From positions 35,677-99,676 of the forward strand of contig JACIXQ010000001.1 of the NCBI GenBank assembly GCA_014360465.1: a stretch of 64,000 nt of DNA, given 5' to 3'. Origin of the DNA: a bacterium (GTDB taxonomy: Bacteria > Armatimonadota > JACIXR01). The notes beneath the pieces are model-generated. The model did no database searches. It was given only the letters and a program-made list of their open reading frames with translations, and had not been told where the DNA came from. This document shows positions 9,477 through 18,969 of this stretch, piece after piece (the stretch's first letter is position 1; each line of letters starts with the position of its first letter). Made by a program: the position numbers and the translations under genes.

Positions 9477-11486
9477 ATGAAGTCGGAGATTGTTATTTTA
9501 CTTCTTATTATTTCAATGGTCGCGCTATCTTCAGAGCTCCGAATCATACCAAAGCCTCAGTATGAAACTCTTAAGCCTCTCACATTTGTGGCAGAGAAAA
9601 AACTTTACATAGTAATAGGAAAGGGATGCGATAAGAATATAGGGGATATTCTGGCGGAGGATTTAGCAAACTTCGCAATGCAAAAAGAGGAAATTGCTTC
9701 CAACTTTTTGAAAAAGGTGCAAAAACCCGTAATCTTCGGGATCCCTTCCCTTGACGAGGATATCGCCGCTTTCGTCAAAGAGAAAGGAATAGAAGTTCCT
9801 TCATTACCAAGGGAAGGATACCTTTTAGAGGTTGAGAAAGATTTCGTCGTGGTTTTAGGAAACGACCGAGACGGTGTTTTCTGGGGGATGCAAACCTTGA
9901 GGCAGATGCTTAAGGGTGGTAAGGGGAAGTTGGAGATACCTGGCGCAAGGATAGTAGATTACCCCAAGCTCCGCTGGCGGGGAATAACCGATGATGTGAG
10001 CAGGGGACCAATTCCCACCCTTGAATATATGAAAAATATAATAAGAACGCTCAGTGCGTTCAAGCTAAATATGTATACGCCTTATATTGAGTTACATGCC
10101 TTCAATTTCAAGAGCCATCCAGATATGTCGGCTCCCGGAGAGGGGTTATCTCCAGAGGAGATGAAGGAACTCGTAGCATATGGAAGGAAGTATCATGTTG
10201 ATGTGTTTCCTTCTTTACAATCATTTGGACATTCTGATAAACTTCTGCGAAAACCTCAATATAGGCATTTAGCCGAGATTGAGGATAGTCCCTGGAGCCT
10301 TTCCCCTGCCCTTGAGGAGACTTATTCCCTTTTCAAGGATTTATACGACGAGCTTGCCCAGATATTTCCTTCGCCTTTCTTCAACATAAATTGTGACGAA
10401 ACCTATGATTTGGGACAAGGTAAAAGCAAAAAGATTGCTGAGGAGATAGGACCAGCTAACCTTTATCTTAAGCATATAACAAGGCTATATGAGATGCTTA
10501 AGGCGAAGGGGAAGAGGGTTATGTTTTGGGGTGATATTGCCCTTCATTACGAGGAAATAATACCGAAACTTCCCCCTGATATCATCGTTCTCAACTGGGA
10601 TTATGGTGGTGCACCATCTTTTGAGTGGCGATTGAAGCCTTTTTACGATGCGGGGCTTGAGCAATTCGTTTGCCCGGGTGTTTCCTGTTGGTCGCACATT
10701 TTCCCTAATTTCGAGAATGCCACAGTGAATATCAATAACTTCGTTCGTGATGGTGTGAAATACAAAGCGAGCGGGATGTTGAATACGACCTGGGATGATG
10801 ACGGTGAGAACCTTTTTGGCTACAACTGGTATGGGATAGTTTTTGGAGCCGAGGCGGCTTGGCGGGGAGGCAATATAAATAGAAAGGAGTTTGACAGCAG
10901 ATTTGATAGTGCTTTCTTTGGTTCTTCCACTCGGATTGTGGAGGCGATTAACCTCCTTAGCCAGACCAACAACTATATGGCTCCAGGAATGTCTCCCGAT
11001 GCTTTCTTCTGGGAGGACCCCCTGAAATCCCTTGAGCGTGAGGACACGATTGATAAAGCAAGGGAAATAAAGACGAGGGCGGAAAAGGCACTTAAAATAT
11101 TGGAGGAGGATGGGAGGAAAGTGCAGAAGAATAAAACTGTTATACCTTACCTTATATTTGCTGGAAACAGGCTTTCGTTCTTGGCAGATAAGCTCCTTGG
11201 TATGTCCGAGGTTGTTTCTCTTTATAATTCCGCCCGGGAGAATCCAGCGGAGGGTAAAGAGAAACTTGATAAAGCGAAGGAAATCGTTCAAAATTTGATT
11301 GACCGCCTTTACCAGTTGAGGGAGAATTATAAGACCTTGTGGCTGTCGGAGAATCTTCCTTTCTTCCTGAACAACAACATAGAGAAGTATAACGGATTGA
11401 TACGATATCTTGAAAGCAAAAGGGAGCTCATACTTAAGGCGAAGGATGCTCTTGGAAAGAATAAGGAAATTCCACCATTTTCTTAA
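9477..11486 (+). CDS. Secreted GH20-family beta-N-acetylhexosaminidase-like glycoside hydrolase
   Basis: Signal peptide. IVDYPKLRWRGITDDVSRGPIP...FKLNMYTPYIE resembles the GH20 catalytic-domain entry, and NINCDETYDLGQG resembles the GH20 GGDE acid pair. Confidence 0.55.
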   Translation: MKSEIVILLLIISMVALSSELRIIPKPQYETLKPLTFVAEKKLYIVIGKGCDKNIGDILAEDLANFAMQKEEIASNFLKKVQKPVIFGIPSLDEDIAAFVKEKGIEVPSLPREGYLLEVEKDFVVVLGNDRDGVFWGMQTLRQMLKGGKGKLEIPGARIVDYPKLRWRGITDDVSRGPIPTLEYMKNIIRTLSAFKLNMYTPYIELHAFNFKSHPDMSAPGEGLSPEEMKELVAYGRKYHVDVFPSLQSFGHSDKLLRKPQYRHLAEIEDSPWSLSPALEETYSLFKDLYDELAQIFPSPFFNINCDETYDLGQGKSKKIAEEIGPANLYLKHITRLYEMLKAKGKRVMFWGDIALHYEEIIPKLPPDIIVLNWDYGGAPSFEWRLKPFYDAGLEQFVCPGVSCWSHIFPNFENATVNINNFVRDGVKYKASGMLNTTWDDDGENLFGYNWYGIVFGAEAAWRGGNINRKEFDSRFDSAFFGSSTRIVEAINLLSQTNNYMAPGMSPDAFFWEDPLKSLEREDTIDKAREIKTRAEKALKILEEDGRKVQKNKTVIPYLIFAGNRLSFLADKLLGMSEVVSLYNSARENPAEGKEKLDKAKEIVQNLIDRLYQLRENYKTLWLSENLPFFLNNNIEKYNGLIRYLESKRELILKAKDALGKNKEIPPFS

Positions 11487-11537
11487 TACGGGATTACCGA
11501 AGATAAATCATTCTTAAAAGAAAGGAGGTGAGAAATA

Positions 11538-12263
11538 ATGCGAAGGAGTAATGGAAAAGGCGGTTTCACCTTGATAGAATTGCTCGTAGTGATTGCTATT
11601 ATTGCAATCCTTGCAGCAATTCTATTCCCTGTCTTTAGCCGAGCACGAGAGATGGCGCGGAAGTCACAATGTATGAGCAATATGAGGAACTTAGCTACCG
11701 CTGCCTTGATGTATGCCCAGGATTGGGACGAGCACTTCTTCCTCACAGCTGATGCTTTTTGTAATTCCCCTACTCCTGGTTGTTGGGCTGTGCAATATCT
11801 CAATCGCCACACTGGGATTTACCCCTATATCAAGAACGAGGCGATAATGATTTGCCCGAGCAAAGGAATGCCTCCTCTTGAGGTTCAAGACTGGAGCTAT
11901 GGTTGGAATAAATGCTTGGGTCCTGATTTCTGGTTCCCTCACGGAGTTTCCCTTGCCTCTATAGCCCAACCATCCAAAGTGCTGATGTTCGGTGAATGTC
12001 ATGTAGTATGGCATCCCATCTCCATGAGGAATGGTTGTTGTGGTTTTGCTAATCATCTTCCCGAGGAACCCGACCATCAGAGACATCTTGTTGCTTTCCG
12101 CCATAACGATACCGCGAACATCGCCTTTGTTGATGGGCATGTTAAGGCGTTCAAGAGGGAGCAGATTCCCGATTGGGATGGACAGATGGATGCGAGTGGC
12201 GTGCGCAACACTAATGTCTATATAGACCCCCTCTGCCGGAACGCCGAGGATTACGGGATGTAA
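11538..12263 (+). CDS. DUF1559 / prepilin-type N-terminal cleavage-methylation domain protein (H-X9-DG family)
   Basis: [34 protein letters not shown] prepilin leader and pilin-like helix. C-terminal [19 protein letters not shown]9-DG motif. AAGGAGGTG RBS. Confidence 0.8.
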   Translation: MRRSNGKGGFTLIELLVVIAIIAILAAILFPVFSRAREMARKSQCMSNMRNLATAALMYAQDWDEHFFLTADAFCNSPTPGCWAVQYLNRHTGIYPYIKNEAIMICPSKGMPPLEVQDWSYGWNKCLGPDFWFPHGVSLASIAQPSKVLMFGECHVVWHPISMRNGCCGFANHLPEEPDHQRHLVAFRHNDTANIAFVDGHVKAFKREQIPDWDGQMDASGVRNTNVYIDPLCRNAEDYGM

Positions 12264-12283
12264 GCTCGCTAATTCAGGGGACT

Positions 12284-12329
12284 GGGAGGGGCTATAATAA
12301 CATTATAGCCCCTCCCTCTTTTTATTTTT
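12284..12329 (+). terminator. Rho-independent terminator
   Basis: Perfect 15-bp stem (GGGAGGGGCTATAAT / ATTATAGCCCCTCCC) with a 3-nt loop, followed by TCTTTTTATTTTT. Confidence 0.65.
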
Positions 12330-12355
12330 AGCAAAAATCGTTATCATTTATTTTA

Positions 12356-15232
12356 ATGGAAATAAAAGAGAAATTTGCTCACCCTCCAAGGGAATCTTTC
12401 CCCTATATCCTCCTTAACTTGGAGGAAAACCCTATTCTTGATAACCTCTTTTCTCGTCTGTCTAATCTCAAAAATTACTGCGCTGGTTTTATTATCAAAA
12501 CGTCTTCAAAACATAAGGGGATGGTTAGAAAGATAGCCGAATTCTTTAAAAAAGAGAATATTCCCTTTTATCTTGTTCTCCCATCCTTCACTCCTTTCAC
12601 ATCCTCACTACAAGCGATAAGGCTTACTGCGAAGGAGGGGGGAATAGTCGAGATTCCATTCCAAGGAAAGTTGCAATGGGTGGGCGCGGTTTCTAACCTC
12701 GGGACTGCCCAACCGAATATCATAGAGCTTAAGCAGTTCGTTGAGGGAAATGTGCTGAAATGGTCTGTCCCAGCTGGCGGTTGGGAAATCGTTATTATAT
12801 CCTCTTCCGAACAGGAAACAGTTGAAAACCCTTCAGAGGTGATTTCCTTCTGGATTGAGGAGCTATCTGAGTTCATTCCCCCTCTTGCGGGTTTTTACAT
12901 TCCCAGCCTGAATTTCCACCCTTTCCCTTGGAGAGAGGACCTTCCTGAGGAATTTCAGCGAAGGAGAGGTTATCCTTTTTTGCCTTCTTTTCCTGCCCTC
13001 GTTCTTAACTTAGATGGGAAATCGGGTAAGTTTCGTTATGATTTCCGTAGAACCGTTTATGAAATATGGGAAGAGAGTATCAAAGGGATAGTCAATAATT
13101 TACAAAGAAAGGGATTAACGCTTCTTTCTGTTCCCGATACAAAAGAGCATTGCTGGAGTGAGCTATTCCTTTTAGCTTCTCAACTTCCAGCTATTGCTAT
13201 CCGTCCATCTGATAATCGCTTTATTGACGAGTTCGTCGCAGCTCTCCTTTCCTCATTTCTTCCCATCGTCGATTTTTCACGCAAGTGGTCAGCTTCAATT
13301 GAAGAGTTGAAAACTTGGACGGATTTGTTATCTGTTTATGGTGTTGCTGGTAGTATACTTTATCTTCCAGCTTCTCGCCCAGATACTCAACTATATGAAC
13401 AACTTTTGCTTCCCATAATATCCCAATACCAAGCTCGCCTTCGTTTTCTCTTTCAGAGTTTTCCTCCTCAAAGCAAGGTGGCTATGCTTTTGCCACGACT
13501 TTCATTCTGGGTTAATCAACGATTAGGAGAAGATGATGAATATTTCAGGTCCGTCGAGAGAGACATCTTTTACCTTTCGGAATTGCTACACAAAATACAC
13601 TATCAGTTCTCTTTTGTGGACGAGGACGAACTGCCCAATCTAACTGGCATACATACGCTTGTCTTGCCCTCCATCGCGGTCCTCAAAAGGAGCACCATTC
13701 AGTGGCTTGAGAAGTTCAACGAGGGAGGAGGGAATATCATAGCTCTCGGAATGTTCCCTATTTGTTCCGAGGAAGGAGTGGATTTGAACCTTCAGAACGC
13801 TATTCGTGCGATATTTAAAGTGAACATAGAAGATATAAATAAGCTTTATCTTCTCTCAGCGAAGGAGGGGATTGGAAGCGCGGTTGCTTATGCAGTAGGA
13901 AGGATTCATCCTTTATCGGGAGGTAGGATTTATGCTTACCAGCCAGCTGTCAACCCCGATAGAGGGGAGGCGCTTCGCCAGACAAGGCAACTATTTAGAC
14001 AATGCGCTCCACCCGATTTGGATTCCTTAATTGAGGATGTTCTATGCCATCCGCGGAGAGGGAATCTTTTCCTCATATATAACGACGGTGAGAAAGAGGT
14101 CAAACTCAATGCGTTGCTCCCGGTACAGGGAATACCGTTCAAATTGGAAGCTAAATCGGGCAAAATTGTCAAAATACCAGTTTATTCTTTGATGGAGGAT
14201 GGACGAACCATCATTAGGGAAAAGCTCCCTTCCCGATTCCTCTCCATCATTCAGTTTGATAGAGGGGAAGAAGCCCATATTGACCAAGCTAATTTCGTTG
14301 TGGAGGAATTAAGGGTAGGGGAAGGGCAAATAGAGATAATTGGCTGCCAGGTGGGTCCTGAACCTCCATTTGCGGTCATAGAGCATAAAGGGGAAAGGAA
14401 AGAGGTAGATGGCAAGGCTTTTCCCATTCTTCCTTCAATTCCCTTGCCGGTAGAATGGGAAATAGAGCCAATTAGTCCAAATGTTTTACCACTAAAGAAT
14501 TGGCGCTTCCAGAGAAAGACCTCTTGGTTTTCCCAATTTTTCTTTCCGAGAAGACCCCAACCAGGCTGGCCTAGCCTCTCTCCTGATTACCAACCTAATG
14601 GTTTAACTTGGTACCAAACAACTTTCTCTTTGCGGGAAATGGTTAACGAGCTTTTCCTTTGGCTTGAATATCCCCCAGAGGTTGTATATATAAACGGGAA
14701 GAAATTAAAAGGAGGAAAAGAGTTTGCGATTAACGATTATGTGATGGAGGGGGAGAATTACATATATTTGCTTTTCAATCATAACAAATATCCGAGTATG
14801 CCCTACATTATGCTTAAGGGGAATTTTTCCCTTTATTTTCTTGAGGGTGAGTGGAGGATTGGCAAATTAAAGAGGATTCTTCAGATTGGCTCTTGGACTG
14901 AACAGGGTTTTCCATTCTATGTTGGCACCATCAAATATAGGACATCCTTCTTTCTTCCCAGCCTTTACCTTGGTAAAAAAGCTGTGTTGTCGTTAGGGCA
15001 GGTTAAAGATATGGTTGAGGTATTTGTGAACAACAACAGGGTGGATTTTCTTTTCTCCTCTCCCTGGGAGGTAGAGATAGGAGGATTCCTCAGCGAAGGG
15101 GAGAACGCGCTGGATTTGCTGATTACGAATTGCCCGCCCGAAACGATGGGTGAGGGACCGCACCAGTCGGGTTTGTTAGCTCCCTCTCAGGTGCTTATAT
15201 TCAATAGGGTTTGCCTTCGTCTACCCCTTTAA
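12356..15232 (+). CDS. Large hypothetical glycoside-hydrolase-like protein with two C-terminal galactose-binding-like (GH2-N-like) domains
   Basis: 958-aa ORF with no signal peptide. Two tandem C-terminal segments follow the GH2 sugar-binding jelly-roll pattern (W.F...TWYQTTF...VYINGKK...GENYIYLL, and a second copy ending GENALDLLI). The N-terminal region is unassignable, and the start at 12356 has no clear RBS. Confidence 0.35.
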   Translation: MEIKEKFAHPPRESFPYILLNLEENPILDNLFSRLSNLKNYCAGFIIKTSSKHKGMVRKIAEFFKKENIPFYLVLPSFTPFTSSLQAIRLTAKEGGIVEIPFQGKLQWVGAVSNLGTAQPNIIELKQFVEGNVLKWSVPAGGWEIVIISSSEQETVENPSEVISFWIEELSEFIPPLAGFYIPSLNFHPFPWREDLPEEFQRRRGYPFLPSFPALVLNLDGKSGKFRYDFRRTVYEIWEESIKGIVNNLQRKGLTLLSVPDTKEHCWSELFLLASQLPAIAIRPSDNRFIDEFVAALLSSFLPIVDFSRKWSASIEELKTWTDLLSVYGVAGSILYLPASRPDTQLYEQLLLPIISQYQARLRFLFQSFPPQSKVAMLLPRLSFWVNQRLGEDDEYFRSVERDIFYLSELLHKIHYQFSFVDEDELPNLTGIHTLVLPSIAVLKRSTIQWLEKFNEGGGNIIALGMFPICSEEGVDLNLQNAIRAIFKVNIEDINKLYLLSAKEGIGSAVAYAVGRIHPLSGGRIYAYQPAVNPDRGEALRQTRQLFRQCAPPDLDSLIEDVLCHPRRGNLFLIYNDGEKEVKLNALLPVQGIPFKLEAKSGKIVKIPVYSLMEDGRTIIREKLPSRFLSIIQFDRGEEAHIDQANFVVEELRVGEGQIEIIGCQVGPEPPFAVIEHKGERKEVDGKAFPILPSIPLPVEWEIEPISPNVLPLKNWRFQRKTSWFSQFFFPRRPQPGWPSLSPDYQPNGLTWYQTTFSLREMVNELFLWLEYPPEVVYINGKKLKGGKEFAINDYVMEGENYIYLLFNHNKYPSMPYIMLKGNFSLYFLEGEWRIGKLKRILQIGSWTEQGFPFYVGTIKYRTSFFLPSLYLGKKAVLSLGQVKDMVEVFVNNNRVDFLFSSPWEVEIGGFLSEGENALDLLITNCPPETMGEGPHQSGLLAPSQVLIFNRVCLRLPL

Positions 15233-16211
15233 GGGTTTGAAGCTCTTTTTCTATGGCGGGTAGGTCGATTGGATAGCGGGCGAATCTTTGCCTGATATAC
15301 AGCATAGATAGATAGTTTTCTAAAGGCATTCCCTTGAAGGGCACATTGCTGGTGCAGAGGATATGTCCTCCCCCAGGTGAAGCGTCTTTAATAGACCTAA
15401 GTGTATCAATCATAACTTTTCTTGGCGATTCCATATGGAGAATTGCACAGTTGACATTGCCACAGAGGCAGACCTTATTGCCGTATTTCCTTTTGACCTC
15501 TTTTAAATCTACCTTTGCCATAGGGTCAAGGGAATGGAGGGCGTGTGGTCTTGCTGAGAGAAGTTGGTCTATTATCGGCATAATGTTGCCATCGGTATGG
15601 ATTATCACATATAGTCCGAGTTCTCTTTGGGCTCCGACTATTTCCTGTAGGTAAGGGGTGACAAATTCGGAGAACATCTTGGGTGATAAGAACGGACCGG
15701 CATTGAAGCAGTAATCCGTGCAATGAGTTACGCAATCCAGCCCTGCATCTCGTATTTTTTTGCTTCTCTCTATAGCCCAATCTCTCATTTTCCTCGCCTG
15801 GTTATGAGCTTCTTCTCTCTGGTCGTGGAGAAAATAAACGAACGCTTCCATATTCTCCCCGGAAGGAATCCCATATGTCCCACTCGCTTCACAAGCTATA
15901 AGGTATTCATTGCCGAATTCCTTTTTGAGGAATTTTATGGTGAAAATTTCATCCTCAATGTTTGGAAGCCAGTTGATCCTGATGATTGAATAATCAAGGG
16001 TTTGGGCTACTTGCCCCATCAAAACTGCGTTTTTGCTCAACAATCTCTCTCTTTCTCTCTGAGTTACGCATTTCAAATCCTCAGCCGTCAAAAAGTGGAT
16101 TCCCTTTCCGAAAAGTTCCTCCGTAAGTTGGAACTCAAGTTCAAAAGTGGGAACTATATCCTCAGGTTCACGAAGTTCCAATGCCGCTATTGCTCTCTCA
16201 CTTGGTTTCAT
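15201..16211 (-). CDS. Uroporphyrinogen decarboxylase (URO-D) family protein, MtaA/CmuA-like methyltransferase-type
   Basis: 336-aa TIM-barrel-like protein with URO-D-family features (HTDGNIMPIIDQL, HALHSLDP, CGNVN). Confidence 0.55.
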   Translation of the reverse strand: MKPSERAIAALELREPEDIVPTFELEFQLTEELFGKGIHFLTAEDLKCVTQRERERLLSKNAVLMGQVAQTLDYSIIRINWLPNIEDEIFTIKFLKKEFGNEYLIACEASGTYGIPSGENMEAFVYFLHDQREEAHNQARKMRDWAIERSKKIRDAGLDCVTHCTDYCFNAGPFLSPKMFSEFVTPYLQEIVGAQRELGLYVIIHTDGNIMPIIDQLLSARPHALHSLDPMAKVDLKEVKRKYGNKVCLCGNVNCAILHMESPRKVMIDTLRSIKDASPGGGHILCTSNVPFKGMPLENYLSMLYIRQRFARYPIDLPAIEKELQTLKGVDEGKPY

Positions 16212-16227
16212 CTCGCACCTCCAGTTT

Positions 16228-16866
16228 TCAATATCCTGTTTCCATCTCGCTGATTATTTCTTCGGAAAGATGGCAAGTATCATTCAGTGTCACTATTTGC
16301 CATCCCCATTCTTCGTAGAAATCAAAGATATTTATATTAGCGTTAGCCTGTTTAATTCGTCTGAAAGGTTTTATTGTCCCAAGGATATGACAGACAAAAG
16401 CCCTTATGGGTCCACCGTGTGCGACGAGAAGAACTTCTTCTCCCTTGTGTCTGGTGGGTATATTTTCTATAAATTCAACCACACGACTTTGCATTTCCAA
16501 TATTCCTTCTCCTTCTGGAGGGTAAGCCTTTCCTTCATACCATAGTTCCAAAGCGTTTCCCCATTTCTCTCTTATTTCCTCCAAGGTTAGTCCTTCCCAT
16601 TTCCCGAAATCGGCTTCCATTAAAGATGTTGTTTCTACCACTTCTAAATTATGCGTTAAAGAGATGATTTCGGCGGTATTTTTTGCTCTTATAAGGGGGC
16701 TAGAATATACAGCATTGAGCGGGATGTTGGCAAGTCTTTTAGCCAGGAGTTTGGCTTGTGTGATGCCCTTTTGATTTAAAGGGACATCCGTCCTGCCTTG
16801 CATCTTTCCTCCATCGTTCCATTCTGTCATTCCGTGCCTAACCAGATATATCCTCGTTTTGCACAT
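16228..16866 (-). CDS. Histidine phosphatase superfamily (phosphoglycerate-mutase-like) phosphatase
   Basis: N-terminal IYLVRHGMTEWN RHG catalytic motif and a downstream LLVAHGGPIRA His box. Its start overlaps the 3' end of the Clp1-like gene by 29 nt. Confidence 0.8.
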   Translation of the reverse strand: MCKTRIYLVRHGMTEWNDGGKMQGRTDVPLNQKGITQAKLLAKRLANIPLNAVYSSPLIRAKNTAEIISLTHNLEVVETTSLMEADFGKWEGLTLEEIREKWGNALELWYEGKAYPPEGEGILEMQSRVVEFIENIPTRHKGEEVLLVAHGGPIRAFVCHILGTIKPFRRIKQANANINIFDFYEEWGWQIVTLNDTCHLSEEIISEMETGY

Positions 16867-17920
16867 ATTTGTCCTCCTTTTTCTGCGGTAGGTTTATCTT
16901 CATAGAGCCAAAGACAATTGTTGAAACCTTGTTAGCATCTCGGAGTGGGGTATAAATAGTGAGGTTCTTCTCAGCGAAACCGATGCTCTTTATTATTCCG
17001 ACCTCAATGTATTCTCCGTTCTCACTTGCAAGCCCTACATATCTATCGGTCAGCTCATCCACTGTAATTATGTGGACCTTTTTGCCCAATTCCCTTTCAA
17101 GAGAAAGGGGGGATAGACCCCCATATTTTTCTTCTCCTACCAGCCATATTCCCCATCTATCGCCTTCTCCCCATAATAGTTTTCTTCCCCATTTACTCTC
17201 AAGGTATTTCAGGAGTGAAGGATGAAGGGGATTGGTTGCAAAGATAGGTGAATTGCGAAAGGCAATCCGGTCCAGGGTGAAGGTGAGAAAGGAAGCATTT
17301 GCGAAATGGGAAAGAACTTTTCTCTCCCTGTTTTCCTTCCTTTCCTCAAAGGAGCGAGCGGAAGCCAGGGGTGAGGGGGGAAGACGATATATATTCAACC
17401 AGCTCGTCTTTTCCCAGCCCTTCAAAATATGTTCCACTTCTATCCCCCTCTGAAGAGCGACAAGATGATTTGGGCGGATTGCCTCTATTTTGAAGCTTTT
17501 AAGCTTTCTCGCTGGCATACCGCTCACGAGCCCTGTTGTATCAACGAGGACAAGTTCTGCTCCAAGTTCCAACGCCTTTCGGACCATCTTTTCTGTGCCA
17601 ACGACCATATCAAGAAAATGACCCTGAGGTGATATATCGCCGACAAAGTAAAGAGCCGATAGAGGGATATCTGATAGTGACATCATTTCTGGATGGGCAA
17701 ATCCTAAACCGATTGTCCCGGGTGGACCGATGTCTGACTGACCTATATCTGCGTCCACGACAGCAACCTTTTGGTAAAAGTTGAGGGCATAAAAGGCTAC
17801 GGCAGCGCAGAAGGTGCTCTTGCCTACATCAACAGCTCCAAGAACCAGTGCCACGCCGCCTTCCCTTGCTATTTTCTCTCCCACTTCCTGCCATTGAGGA
17901 TGGAGCTGGAATTTCCTCAT
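16838..17920 (-). CDS. Clp1/Grc3-family P-loop polynucleotide 5'-hydroxyl kinase-like protein
   Basis: Walker A GAVDVGKST followed by VAVVDADIGQSDIGPPGTIGL, which tracks the eukaryotic/archaeal Clp1 segment VELDVGQGSVSIPGT. The colinear downstream blocks are VDTTGLVSG...LVALQRGIEVEHIL and LPPSPLASARSFEERKENRERKV. A 4-nt ATGA overlap links it to the upstream M20 gene. Confidence 0.7.
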   Translation of the reverse strand: MRKFQLHPQWQEVGEKIAREGGVALVLGAVDVGKSTFCAAVAFYALNFYQKVAVVDADIGQSDIGPPGTIGLGFAHPEMMSLSDIPLSALYFVGDISPQGHFLDMVVGTEKMVRKALELGAELVLVDTTGLVSGMPARKLKSFKIEAIRPNHLVALQRGIEVEHILKGWEKTSWLNIYRLPPSPLASARSFEERKENRERKVLSHFANASFLTFTLDRIAFRNSPIFATNPLHPSLLKYLESKWGRKLLWGEGDRWGIWLVGEEKYGGLSPLSLERELGKKVHIITVDELTDRYVGLASENGEYIEVGIIKSIGFAEKNLTIYTPLRDANKVSTIVFGSMKINLPQKKEDKYVQNEDISG

Positions 17921-18969
17921 CTGCCGTAATTATCTATAATATAGATAAGAAGTTCTGTGAGAAAAAGCAAATCATCGGCATTAACCCATTCCCTTTCCGA
18001 ATGAGCTACTGAGAGATCCCCTGCACCTAAAACAACGCTATTTATCCCCTTTTTAATAAGGTTGGCTGCGTCTGTCCAGCTCCTCATACCTGCATAGATG
18101 ATGTCCTTTCCCTTGCTTTTCATAAATTCTTCAATGTAGTTACATACGCTGGGAGGTTCGGGAAGCTCATAAGGGTGAGCGATGTCCACAAGTTTGAAAT
18201 TTACATTTTTTTCTTTAAGGAAATTTTCAACTTCAATTTTTGCTTGGTCTATATTTACATTTGGCAAGATATGTATATCAACTTGAATCTTGCAGGTAGA
18301 TGGAACAACGGTTATGAATTCACCACCTTGGATGAAGGAGAGGTTCACTACAGGGGGAGGAAAGAGGGGATGCCGAGCTTGTAAAAAGGAAAGGTTTGAT
18401 AGTTCCTCATAAAGGGAAAGCGCCTTGAGGATGGCATTATCACCCTTTTCAGGCGTGGCGCTATGGGTTGGTTTTCCTTTAACATCTATTTCGTATTCAA
18501 GGGAACCCGCCTCGGCGATGCAAAGGGATAAGTTGGTTGGTTCCAATACGATGGCTTCTTCTACCTCTAATTCCAGTTTTTCCGAACCTTTTCCCTCTAA
18601 TTCTTCATCCACAGTCAAGGCTACTTTACAAGGACCTTTTGAATGTCTTAGAGCCACGAGAAGCGAGGCTATTTGCCCTTTGGCATCAACTACTCCTCTC
18701 CCTATGAATTCGCCATTTTCTTCAACCAGTTCGTAGGGGTTGGGATGACCGAAGGGAGGGATTGTATCAAGGTGCGTGCAAAGTAGAAGAGAGCTTAGCC
18801 CCCTTTCACCGATAAGATTGAAGCTATTAGGTTTGACTTCCTGTGTTCTTACATCAAAACCAATTTCTTGAAGCATAGCTTTGACCCTCTCGGCTAAGAT
18901 TCTTTCTTCTCCCGAGGGGCTTGGTATGCTTATTAGTTGCTTCAGAATTTCTCGTATCTCGTCCTTCAT
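17917..18969 (-). CDS. M20-family metallopeptidase / deacylase (ArgE/DapE-like)
   Basis: LLCTHLDTIP and GRGVVDAKG motifs and the overall M20 two-domain layout. Confidence 0.75.
   Translation of the reverse strand: MKDEIREILKQLISIPSPSGEERILAERVKAMLQEIGFDVRTQEVKPNSFNLIGERGLSSLLLCTHLDTIPPFGHPNPYELVEENGEFIGRGVVDAKGQIASLLVALRHSKGPCKVALTVDEELEGKGSEKLELEVEEAIVLEPTNLSLCIAEAGSLEYEIDVKGKPTHSATPEKGDNAILKALSLYEELSNLSFLQARHPLFPPPVVNLSFIQGGEFITVVPSTCKIQVDIHILPNVNIDQAKIEVENFLKEKNVNFKLVDIAHPYELPEPPSVCNYIEEFMKSKGKDIIYAGMRSWTDAANLIKKGINSVVLGAGDLSVAHSEREWVNADDLLFLTELLIYIIDNYGR

Noticed and set aside
10485-11291. 268-aa minus-strand ORF
   Set aside because: Antisense to the GH20-like gene. It has no motifs and is compositionally odd.
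16838-17920. Alternative reading of the P-loop protein as an adenosylcobinamide kinase (CobU) paired with CobC-type phosphatase
   Set aside because: CobU proteins are about 180 aa and lack the Clp1-specific blocks (DADIGQSDIGPPGT, LPPSP...ERKENRERKV) that are present here. The CobC analogy for the phosphatase is retained only as a refutation route.
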